This document shows, one piece after another, positions 47,859 through 56,925 of a stretch of DNA of 64,000 bases. The position numbers and the translations under genes were made by a program. Each line of letters begins with the position of its first letter. Positions within the stretch are counted from its first letter, which is position 1. Origin of the DNA: Bdellovibrionales bacterium (lineage in GTDB: Bacteria; Bdellovibrionota; Bdellovibrionia; Bdellovibrionales; UBA1609). The notes under the pieces are model-generated. The model did no database searches. It was given only the letters and a program-made list of their open reading frames with translations, and was not told the origin of the DNA. Location: NCBI GenBank assembly GCA_027317865.1, contig DAHVQG010000004.1, forward strand, positions 64,001-128,000. The letters run 5' to 3'.

Positions 47859-50225
47859 TTAAAACGGTGACCCGATCGCAAACTGAAAGTCCACGGGCTT
47901 TTCACCGTAAATGGCTTGGCGGTCAAACGGCAAACCAAACTCAAAACGCAGCGGTCCAATAGGCGAAAACCACCTGAAGCCAAATCCCCAATCGCTCCTA
48001 AATTCGCTTAAAATCAAGCTATCATCGGCATAGCCCACATCGTAAAATACAACTCCCTTGACGGCTGCCTCCGGGATCAACGGAAACTCAAACTCCAAAT
48101 TGTAGTAGAGTTCTTGCGTGCCACCGAATGGTTTAAACGCTAACAGATACGCATTAGGTGAACCTGCCAGTTGATCGAATGCCACTTGTGAAAACTTTTT
48201 TCTGCCGATGGTAAACCAGTCGAAGCCGCGTAAAGTATTCGGACCACCTAACAAAAATAATTGGTTAAACGGTGGTGGCTCGCCGGATTTGTCTGAAGTA
48301 ATAATTCCGTACACAAGATTATTGCGCCAAATGATCTGCTTATACACCGGGAGTGGATGAAAATACCGGGCGTTAGCTATTGCCTTTGTATAGAACAAAT
48401 CGCCACCGAGTCCGGAGTATTCAACGTTCAACGAATCGTACATCCCCCGACTCGGTTCGAAACGGTCGTTACGAGTGTCGTATGCAAGCCCCGCAGTTAG
48501 GATACTTGCAATCCCGTTCGTGGTCGACGTCGGGAACAATGTCGGATCGCCCGAAGATGTCAGTTGAATATTCGTGCGTTCGACCTTGTAACCGATTGTA
48601 CCGCGCAAATACTGCGCAAGAGGATGCCCAACAGTAAAACCAACCCCGCGCTCGTTGTCGATGTACTCTAAATAATACATGTCGGTGTAAAAAATGTGAG
48701 TCCCGAGCAACCAATGGGTGTCCATAAAATAAGGGTTTGTAAAACTAAAATCGAAAATCTTCTCGTAGGAGCTGAGATTAACCGACAAGCCCAAAGTGTC
48801 GCCAAGGCCGAACAAGTTGATTTGCTGGATTTGCCCATTCAACAAAAACCCGCCAAAACTCGAATACCCGGCCCCAAGCTGAATCTGCCCCGTGTTGCGC
48901 TCTTTGACATGGACGTCGATATCCATAATGTTGGGGTGACCCGGCGGAGTGTGGGTATCGAAAGTCACGCTGCTGAAATAACCAAGACGTTTAATGTTCG
49001 CCAGCGATTCTCGTCTTTTTGTTTCGTTATACAATTCACCTTCGTAAATTCTCATTTCACGTCGAATGACTTTATCACGCGTTTTTGTATTGCCGATGAT
49101 ATTAATCTTACCGATATAAACCTTCGGCCCCTTGTCGATGTTAAACGTGATATCGACCCGCCGTTGTTTTACACGCGCACGCGTCTGCGGAATAATGTTG
49201 GCGTACGCATAACCCAAATCACCGTATTTCGCTTGAAGAGCCCGCAAGTCTTGCTGCAAAGTTTGATAAACAAAAATATGCCCGCTTTTTGTGTGAATCG
49301 ACTTGTAGAGTTCCCTGTCGGGGAACAGCAAATCGCCGGTAAAATTGACCTCGCCGACTCTGAACTTAGGACCTTCATGAACGCGTATTGTAATATAAAT
49401 ATATTTCTTATCCGGCGTGACGTAAACCTGCGGCCGGTCAATATGGGCTTGGATATACCCTTTGTTATAATACACCAGGTAATAGAGTAACTGGATGTCA
49501 CGATTAAATGTGTCTTGCTTAAATGAACCAGATCCCGAAATAAAACTGAAAAATCCGCCAACTTTCGTTTGCATGACGTTTCTCAATTCATTCGACGATA
49601 TGTGTTTATTACCAATAAATCGAATTTTTGCGACTTTGACTTTTCGATTTTCAACGATATGAAAAGTGAGAGTGGCGGTATTGTCTTTACCAGGCGTTGC
49701 TTCAGCCGTGACTTTTGCTAAGAAAAAGCCCTTATTTTCGTAAAGTTGCTGCAACTTTTTAACCGCGGTACGCACCTTAGCCATATCGAGAATTTCATAA
49801 GCCTTGAGATCAATGGCGCTTTTCAAGTCACTTGTGTCAACGGCATCGTTACCTTCGAATACAATTTTCGAAATCGTCGGCTTCTCTTTGACATAATAGG
49901 TTAGAATCGCCGTGCCGTTTATAATCTTCTCGCCTACTTCGATATCGATAAAAAATCCGGTCGCAAATATATGTTCGATATCCTGGCGAATTTGTTTGCG
50001 GTTAACCCGGTCCCCCACTTTCGAGCCAATTTGAGCGCGAATTGCCGAAGCTTCAATTTTACGGTTACCAACAATGACGATTTTTTGAATGATCGGCTGG
50101 AGCGGCTTTGCTCGGTACCGTGCCGCATAGGATTTGGCATTAAAACCCAGCAATACGCACGCCAGCACAACAGCTAAAATGATTAACGCGCTAAAATTGG
50201 ACTGACGGTCGTTCGAGATGTGCAA
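47859..50225 (-). CDS. bamA: Outer membrane protein assembly factor BamA
   Basis: POTRA repeats (GN..), GNTKTRDKVIRRE, LRGF, SPIGPLRFEFG, C-terminal F. Confidence 0.96.
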   Translation of the reverse strand: MHISNDRQSNFSALIILAVVLACVLLGFNAKSYAARYRAKPLQPIIQKIVIVGNRKIEASAIRAQIGSKVGDRVNRKQIRQDIEHIFATGFFIDIEVGEKIINGTAILTYYVKEKPTISKIVFEGNDAVDTSDLKSAIDLKAYEILDMAKVRTAVKKLQQLYENKGFFLAKVTAEATPGKDNTATLTFHIVENRKVKVAKIRFIGNKHISSNELRNVMQTKVGGFFSFISGSGSFKQDTFNRDIQLLYYLVYYNKGYIQAHIDRPQVYVTPDKKYIYITIRVHEGPKFRVGEVNFTGDLLFPDRELYKSIHTKSGHIFVYQTLQQDLRALQAKYGDLGYAYANIIPQTRARVKQRRVDITFNIDKGPKVYIGKINIIGNTKTRDKVIRREMRIYEGELYNETKRRESLANIKRLGYFSSVTFDTHTPPGHPNIMDIDVHVKERNTGQIQLGAGYSSFGGFLLNGQIQQINLFGLGDTLGLSVNLSSYEKIFDFSFTNPYFMDTHWLLGTHIFYTDMYYLEYIDNERGVGFTVGHPLAQYLRGTIGYKVERTNIQLTSSGDPTLFPTSTTNGIASILTAGLAYDTRNDRFEPSRGMYDSLNVEYSGLGGDLFYTKAIANARYFHPLPVYKQIIWRNNLVYGIITSDKSGEPPPFNQLFLLGGPNTLRGFDWFTIGRKKFSQVAFDQLAGSPNAYLLAFKPFGGTQELYYNLEFEFPLIPEAAVKGVVFYDVGYADDSLILSEFRSDWGFGFRWFSPIGPLRFEFGLPFDRQAIYGEKPVDFQFAIGSPF

Positions 50226-50298
50226 GCTTGCAGTTCCCCTGGCCCTACTAATTTGACTAACAAAAACCTATCCAACAAAGCGCGATTGACGATTGAAG

Positions 50299-50973
50299 TC
50301 AATTCCAATGACCATCTTTTAGAACCATTCTCCGCGGAAAGCGCGACGCAAAGTTCACGTCGTGAGTAACAACCACCAGTGTGAGGCCAAACTTCAGGCG
50401 AAATTGAAAAAATAGCTCCTGAATCTGTTCGCTGTTTTGCGTATCGAGGTTGCCCGTCGGCTCATCCGCCAACAGAATCTTGGGTCGTTGAACCAGGGCC
50501 CGAGCCACAGCGATGCGTTGTTGCTCACCTCCGCTGAGCTCTGACGGGAAGTGGTCGCTCCGGTCTTCTAATCCCAATAGTTGCAAAAGCTCCAAGGCGT
50601 GCTCACGCGCTTTCGACTCGGATTGGCCCGCAAAGCGTGCCGGCAGCATCACATTCTCTAGTGCTGAAAATTCTGAAAGAAGATGATGAAACTGGAAAAC
50701 AAAACCAATTTCTTGATTACGAAAACGCGCTAAATGCTCGTCCGGCTCCTTGGCCATGTCCTTACCGTTGAACAAGACACGGCCTTCAGTGGGGCGATCG
50801 AGCGTGCCTAAAATGTGCAAAAGCGTACTTTTACCCGCACCCGAAGCTCCCAAAATACAAACCGCCTGGCCCGCATAAACGTCGAAATCAATTTGCTGCA
50901 AAACTTCGAGTTTCGAATCCCCGCGTTCATAAATTTTGCTGACCTTGTCGAGACGCAAAAGTGGTTCACTCAT
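50299..50973 (-). CDS. lolD: Lipoprotein-releasing ABC transporter ATPase LolD
   Basis: GASGAGKSTLLH, FVFQFHHLL, LSGGEQQR, ADEPTGNLD. Confidence 0.92.
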   Translation of the reverse strand: MSEPLLRLDKVSKIYERGDSKLEVLQQIDFDVYAGQAVCILGASGAGKSTLLHILGTLDRPTEGRVLFNGKDMAKEPDEHLARFRNQEIGFVFQFHHLLSEFSALENVMLPARFAGQSESKAREHALELLQLLGLEDRSDHFPSELSGGEQQRIAVARALVQRPKILLADEPTGNLDTQNSEQIQELFFQFRLKFGLTLVVVTHDVNFASRFPRRMVLKDGHWN

Positions 50974-52222
50974 AGCGTAGACCTTCTACTGGATTCAATT
51001 TTGCTCCTCGTCGCGCCGGCGCAAGAGTCGCCACGTAACAAATGACCAGCGTCACCAAAAGAATCACCGCCATGTCCGTTTTGCGGATCTGCAAAACGAC
51101 GTGATCGAGCTTATAAACTTTGCCCGGAAAAAGTCCATAAACTGTTTCAAGCTTTAGAAAAATGCGGCAGCCGATCCAACCCAAAAGAACGCCGAAGGCC
51201 GAGCCTGCGGCCCCGATCACAAGCCCCTGCGTCGTAAACAATTGACGGACAAATTTTTTACTTACTCCCATAGCCCGCAAAATACTCATTTGCGAATAAC
51301 GCCGTACAACAGTGAGATACAGCGTGCTCGCCACATTGAACGCAGCGGCAATCTCCATGAGTAAAACAATAATGAAAATAACGACCTTTTCATATTGCAC
51401 AGCTTCAAATAAATTGCGGTTGGGGTCGCGCCAAGAGCGAACCCAGTAATTTGGACCCAATTGATCTTCTAGCGCCGTCGCGGCCGGTATGGCATCGCGA
51501 GCATGGGCCAAACGAATTCGCCAGCCAGAGATTCTCCCCGGCATATCCGAAAAATTTTGGGCTGATCGCAAATCCGTAACAATATAGCGGTCGTCAAAAT
51601 CGGAACGCCCCAGGCCGAGAACGCCACGCACAACAAACTTTTGCACTTTAGGCGTGAAACTCGCAGTCCCGTATCCGGTGGATATGGGCACAACTAGATT
51701 GAAAATCTCGCCAATTTTCAATGCAAATTTGCGCGCAATCCCTTTGCCGATAATCGCCGCGGGGATCCGCTTGCCGTTGGCCTGCTCATCCGCCAAATCG
51801 AAACGACCACGAATAATTCGCTTTTGAATGGCAATGACTTTAGCAGATGTTTTTGGATCAACCCCTTCAAGCAAAATTCCCGAAAGTTTTTTGTTGTGAA
51901 CAATCAGCCCCTCGACCATCAAAAACGGCGTCGAAGCTTTGTACGCTGGTAAATACGATTTTATTTTTTTTAAAACTTGCCGCTCCTGGGAGGGGCGCGC
52001 GAAACCGCCGCGCCGAACGATCATCAAATGCCCCTCCATATCAACGAGCGTATCTCGCAGAGTCGTTTCATAACCGCTCACAACCGCCATCGAGATCATA
52101 AGTGCTGCGACGCCGAGAGCGATACCTGTTACCGCCAATATAATATTGGGATTTAAAAACCGGCGCCCTTCGCGCAGATAACGCCAAACCATCCATATTC
52201 TCAGCCGAGTCGTACTTTTCAC
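50966..52222 (-). CDS. Lipoprotein-releasing ABC transporter permease LolC/E
   Basis: GIALGVAAL...AVVSG, W...N.NLF.A, ILRAMG, PARRGAKLNPVEGLRYE. Confidence 0.9.
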   Translation of the reverse strand: MKSTTRLRIWMVWRYLREGRRFLNPNIILAVTGIALGVAALMISMAVVSGYETTLRDTLVDMEGHLMIVRRGGFARPSQERQVLKKIKSYLPAYKASTPFLMVEGLIVHNKKLSGILLEGVDPKTSAKVIAIQKRIIRGRFDLADEQANGKRIPAAIIGKGIARKFALKIGEIFNLVVPISTGYGTASFTPKVQKFVVRGVLGLGRSDFDDRYIVTDLRSAQNFSDMPGRISGWRIRLAHARDAIPAATALEDQLGPNYWVRSWRDPNRNLFEAVQYEKVVIFIIVLLMEIAAAFNVASTLYLTVVRRYSQMSILRAMGVSKKFVRQLFTTQGLVIGAAGSAFGVLLGWIGCRIFLKLETVYGLFPGKVYKLDHVVLQIRKTDMAVILLVTLVICYVATLAPARRGAKLNPVEGLRYE

Positions 52223-53365
52223 TTATCCGCCTTAACCGTCGAGGGTGACTGCGTTTTCACCTGCGACTTAAGAAATTCTTCAATTACCGGGTCCAGATCG
52301 CCGTCAAGAACTTGGCTCGGTTGACCAGACTCCCAAGACGTGCGGTGATCTTTAACCATTTGATACGGATGCAATACGTAGGAACGAATTTGACTGCCCC
52401 ATTCGTTGGCTTTTTTCTGCGCGTCGATTTCTTCTTTTTCTTTGAGCAGTTTTTTTGATTCGATTTCGTAAAGTGCCGCTTTGAGCATTTTCATGGCACG
52501 ATTGCGATTGGCGATCTGACTCCGCTCATTTTGACAAGCGATGACGATTCCAGTCGGAATATGGGTGATCCGAACCGCCGAATCGGTTCGGTTCACGTGC
52601 TGTCCGCCGGCTCCGCTGGAACGATACGTGTCGACTCTCAAGTCTTCGTCTCGAATCACAACTTCGACTTCGTCGTCCACTTCAGGCCACACCATAACCG
52701 AGGCAAAACTTGTGTGTCGTCTGGCATTTGCGTCAAATGGACTAATTCGGACAAGACGATGCACACCATTTTCGGCTTTGAGATAACCGTATGCGAACGG
52801 TCCTTGAATATTGAGCGTCGCCGATTTGATCCCCGCTTCTTCGCCATAGTTAATCGACATGACTTCGACGCGAAAACCTTTGCGTTCGGCATAGCGCGTG
52901 TACATTCTAAGCAGCATTTCAGCCCAATCCTGCGCTTCGGTACCGCCCGCTCCCGAATTAACGGCAAGGTAGGCATTCAACGGGTCAAGCCGGTTACTCA
53001 AAAGACTTTTGATTTCAAGATCGCCAATTGTGCTCGACATTTTTTGGCATTCGCTTTTGAGCTCCTGAAAAAGTTCATCGTCTTGGCTGTCTTGAACCAT
53101 TTCAAGCATAACAGTTGCGTCTTCGTGGCGTTTTCGAAGCCCCTCGTAATCTTCAATCGATTTTTCGAGAATAGATTTTTCTTGGTTAATTTTCTGCATT
53201 TCGCGATGGTCATTCCAAATCGCGGGATTTTGTGCCTGATTATCTAGCTCTTCGATGCGCTTACGCTTGTGATCGATGTCAAAGATACCTCCTGAGGTCG
53301 CTCACTTTTTCGGCAATTGTGGCGAGACGGCCTTTGACGTCTGAGAGTTCAGTGGCGATGGACAT
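52219..53365 (-). CDS. prfB: Peptide chain release factor 2 (programmed +1 frameshift)
   Basis: SPF and GGQ motifs. N-terminal 28 codons (MSIATELSD...LRRYL) from ATG 53365 end at CTT TGA; the +1 frame continues in frame with ORF 52219..53199. Confidence 0.96.
53278..53293 (-). promoter_or_regulatory. prfB frameshift cassette (internal SD plus slippery site)
   Basis: Minus strand reads AGGAGG-TAT-CTT-TGA-C. Confidence 0.95.
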
Positions 53366-53379
53366 TCTTTGCGTTCCTT

Positions 53380-53850
53380 TTATTTGTGCGGAGGCGTTAG
53401 CTGCTCAAAAATCCGATCTTGCAAACGATACATAACCCGTGCCTGCTTGTCACTTTTTTCATGTTCATATCCGAGGAGATGCAAAATCCCGTGGATCAAC
53501 ATGTAGAGAAGTTCATCCCGATAACTCAGGCCGTGTTCGAACGCTTGCTTGCGAATGACTTGCGGGCAAAATACAAGCTCTCCCAAGCTGTCGGGCTCGA
53601 CGGGAGCAAAACTCAAAACATCGGTCGCCCGGTCTTTATCGCGAAATTTTTTATTAAGTCGCCGTATCTCGGCTGAATTTACGAAAACACACATTAGATT
53701 TTGAACCGACTCGGCCCTGCATCGCGTTTTAGCCGGCAGACGCCGCACAGTTTGGCTAGCTCGACTTTCAATCCATCGCTTTGACGGAATGGCGCGAGAT
53801 GTTCTTCGACCTTTTGATGCCGATATATTCGATAAAATCGTGACTTTCAC
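53380..53850 (-). CDS. ybeY: rRNA maturation endoribonuclease YbeY
   Basis: LNKKFR.KD.ATDVLSF, LGE, HGILHLLGYEH. Confidence 0.95.
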   Translation of the reverse strand: MKVTILSNISASKGRRTSRAIPSKRWIESRASQTVRRLPAKTRCRAESVQNLMCVFVNSAEIRRLNKKFRDKDRATDVLSFAPVEPDSLGELVFCPQVIRKQAFEHGLSYRDELLYMLIHGILHLLGYEHEKSDKQARVMYRLQDRIFEQLTPPHK

Positions 53851-53896
53851 ATTTCATTGTTTAACCTTGACGGCGATTCAACACAAGCGGCACAAG

Positions 53897-54961
53897 CTAA
53901 TTCATAGCGAATTCAAACTGTTCGCTAAAAGGCCCCTCACATTTTGATAAGCCGGCTAACCCTTCAATCGACACCGACATATGTTGGGTAAAGAAATTCG
54001 AAACACAGCTAACTTGATATGGAGTTTGGACATCAACGCATGCCTTAAAATCAAGCGAACTAGGAGGGTCCCACCAATGCCGGCCCGTAATCATGAGTCC
54101 ACTGAGCCGCGTGAGACATTGAACGGGATATGTTGAACTGGCACGCAACGCAGTTAATGTTTCGCCATTGAATTTCTTAATGTCGTTGGCTACTTCACCT
54201 GAGTAATAGGTAATATTGGTAAATTGGTTTGCGGCGGCATTTGAGTACGCCCCACCACGGATCATGTCTTCACTCTGATTGTTGGTGTATCCCGTTAATT
54301 CTTCACTCGAGGTTATCCCAGCAAGCTTCCATTTACCGGAGCGAGTAAAGACATATAATGCTCCCCCAGAGGCGCCTTCCGAACTCGCACAATCACTAAA
54401 TATTTCGTCAACGTGTAGCCCACGTACCGTGCAATGTCCGGCAACAACTCGAGTGAATCCCTTAAATTTGTCGTAAGGAAAACCAACCGTTTCGGCGGGT
54501 TCCCCCACATACACCTCGGATGGCTGGGCCACTTCGGCAAACTTCACCCACTTAGGCGCCGGTGACCGCAAATGCACGACCGCAAAATCTTGATAGGTAA
54601 TCGGTATATTCCGCCACTGCCATTTGGCATCGTATGAATTATCAAAGTATTGACCTGGCCAACTTTCATCGACAGCTATTTTTGGACCAGCATGACCTTT
54701 ATAGAAAAATTCTATCGCATCTGGCTTCCATTCGCTTCCCCAAACGCAATGACCCGCTGTCAGGGCCCATTGGGGAGCAATCATAACGGCAGAACAGTAA
54801 GTGGGATGCGTTGACAACGATAACCTTTGTACCGCCAGTTCGGCTGGTTGCGTATCGTCTGAAACTTGCCGCGGGTCCTTTGCGCCAAACCAACTCGCCT
54901 GCGCACGAATTCCACTGAAGACCGCAGCAACTAGAATCAAAGCAACGGTAATGCCCCGCAA
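53897..54961 (-). CDS. Exported trypsin-like serine protease with Cys-containing C-terminal domain
   Basis: Signal peptide; CSA..I...WALTAGHC, DFA, GASGG triad motifs. Confidence 0.85.
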   Translation of the reverse strand: MRGITVALILVAAVFSGIRAQASWFGAKDPRQVSDDTQPAELAVQRLSLSTHPTYCSAVMIAPQWALTAGHCVWGSEWKPDAIEFFYKGHAGPKIAVDESWPGQYFDNSYDAKWQWRNIPITYQDFAVVHLRSPAPKWVKFAEVAQPSEVYVGEPAETVGFPYDKFKGFTRVVAGHCTVRGLHVDEIFSDCASSEGASGGALYVFTRSGKWKLAGITSSEELTGYTNNQSEDMIRGGAYSNAAANQFTNITYYSGEVANDIKKFNGETLTALRASSTYPVQCLTRLSGLMITGRHWWDPPSSLDFKACVDVQTPYQVSCVSNFFTQHMSVSIEGLAGLSKCEGPFSEQFEFAMN

Positions 54962-55118
54962 ATCCCCCCCTTATCTGAATCGTTCGACTCAGACATTAAG
55001 ATTCGTGAACAATACCATTTTCATTTGCAAGTCACTACTGTTACAGTTCTCAACTGTAAAGTTTATATGGATCGTATTTTAAAAGTAGCGATGATTTACA
55101 TGTCTCAGGTCGGCTTAA

Positions 55119-55775
55119 TTAATGAGCGACTCGTACTTGCAAGTCCAATAGGACTTCGCCAGAAACCGGATCTATAAACATAATCGGATTAGACGAGGCG
55201 ACCCTACACGTCAGTAAATTCTGCCGCTTCTCACAATTCATCCTCACAGGCCACTCATAAACGGATTTATATTGCGAAATTTTTTGTTGGCTATAGGCCG
55301 TTACGCTGTACTCACGGCACTTTCCGACCAAACCCGAGACAATTCCGAGTGCACAATTCAAAAAAGTCGGCGGCTTCACTTGGACGACCGGATCGGCCAT
55401 TATGTTCAGATTTATCAGATTCGCGGTCATAATTTTTTGTAGGCAAAAATCACGAAAGCCAACAAATTGCCCATACGAATATTTTTTTGGCAGCTCCAAG
55501 TCGCATCGACCGTATAAATTTAAAGGCGAACGACCCGAATTCAATTCCAACGCGCTCGTTTGTTGAGGCGTCACAAGGTAGTACATAACCTTTTCTGACC
55601 ATCCATTTTCAGCATCTCTTGGATGCGTCCAAATTCGACCCGGGCTATAACTGACCCAGTTGTACCATGCTTCAGATGGATAAGTGCTCAACCTAAAATT
55701 AACGGGTCGAGCAAATGCTGAAGACGAAATAAAAATCAAACCGATTAATGATACGAGCAGAATCTGAGTTTTCAT
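55119..55775 (-). CDS. Hypothetical exported protein
   Basis: Signal peptide ending AFA, GGAG RBS, six Cys; no recognised domain. Confidence 0.75.
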   Translation of the reverse strand: MKTQILLVSLIGLIFISSSAFARPVNFRLSTYPSEAWYNWVSYSPGRIWTHPRDAENGWSEKVMYYLVTPQQTSALELNSGRSPLNLYGRCDLELPKKYSYGQFVGFRDFCLQKIMTANLINLNIMADPVVQVKPPTFLNCALGIVSGLVGKCREYSVTAYSQQKISQYKSVYEWPVRMNCEKRQNLLTCRVASSNPIMFIDPVSGEVLLDLQVRVAH

Positions 55776-55971
55776 CGCTCCACTCCATGCACCCGCCTGA
55801 GACGGTCGACATGCTGTATACCGGCCTTGACGCGTAACGTCAATACCCTCGGCAGGTCTCGCCCGTGACTCTACCAGATCTGCAAATAAACTGGAGCGGC
55901 CATTTTTCAGATACCAAAATTTTCATGGTCCATTGTTATTCTTCCTCAATTTGTGGCAAGACCACTAGATC

Positions 55972-56913
55972 GTGCAGTCAACAAATCCACAAACCACCTA
56001 CCAACTTCTTGATTCAGGCAACTTTATGCGCCTTGAGCAAGCCGGGCCATATCGAATAGTTCGCCCAGCAGCCGCTGCCGCATGGGGGCCATCCCTTGAT
56101 CATAGCGAATGGGATTGTTCTGATGTCTCGTTTCATCGCACGGGCGGCGATGCAAACCAAGCACGTGGGGAGTGGCAATTTCGCAATTCAAAGGCAAAAA
56201 CGTTACTCTCACAACCATGGCGCATTGAATTCAATCCTATTAGTTTATTTTTAAAACTCACGAGTTTTGGCCACCTTGGGCTATTCGCCGAGCAGGAGAA
56301 AAATTGGCGAAAAATTCACGAGATGATTGCAGCGCGAAAGACGGCATCGCCTAATTCTCCCGTTCGCGTACTCAACCTTTTCGCATATACCGGTGCAGCC
56401 ACGCTTCACGCGGCTCATGCGGGCGCCGAAGTCGTTCACCTCGACGCTTCAAAAGGAACAGTAAAGTGGGCGCGCGACAACGCCGAGGCTTCAAACCTTA
56501 CCCATTGCCCCATTCGATGGATCGTCGACGACGCTCAAGAATTTGTTGAGCGGGAACTCCGCCGCGGCCAACGCTACCACGGAGTTTTACTCGACCCCCC
56601 GTCGTATGGACGCGGCAATAACGGTCAGATCTGGAAGATTGAAGAACACCTATTGCCGCTACTTAAAAAAGTATCTGCTTTGTTAGAAGACGATTTTCTA
56701 TTTGTCCTTTTATCGTCACACTCGCCCGGATACACGCCGATCTCGCTAAGGAATATTTTAGAGCAGATTTTAAATAGTGCTCATTCTCGAGATGAAAAAT
56801 TTCATATGACTGTACAAAACGGCCAATACACCGCGGCTGAAATGGTGATTTTAGATTCGACCGGCAAACCGCTGCCAAGCGGCGCCGATTGTTTGTTTCT
56901 GTCTCGAGCGTAA
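55972..56913 (+). CDS. Class I SAM-dependent methyltransferase (RlmI/YwbD-like)
   Basis: YQLLDSG..RLE, FGHLGLFAEQ, VLNLFAYTG, LDPPSYGRG. Confidence 0.88.
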   Translation: MQSTNPQTTYQLLDSGNFMRLEQAGPYRIVRPAAAAAWGPSLDHSEWDCSDVSFHRTGGDANQARGEWQFRNSKAKTLLSQPWRIEFNPISLFLKLTSFGHLGLFAEQEKNWRKIHEMIAARKTASPNSPVRVLNLFAYTGAATLHAAHAGAEVVHLDASKGTVKWARDNAEASNLTHCPIRWIVDDAQEFVERELRRGQRYHGVLLDPPSYGRGNNGQIWKIEEHLLPLLKKVSALLEDDFLFVLLSSHSPGYTPISLRNILEQILNSAHSRDEKFHMTVQNGQYTAAEMVILDSTGKPLPSGADCLFLSRA

Positions 56914-56925
56914 TTTTTTGCCCGG

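Noticed and set aside
48696-49490. Long antisense ORFs (264 aa here; also 52531..53247 and 22359..22943)
   Set aside because: They lie opposite well-supported genes and have no recognisable motifs
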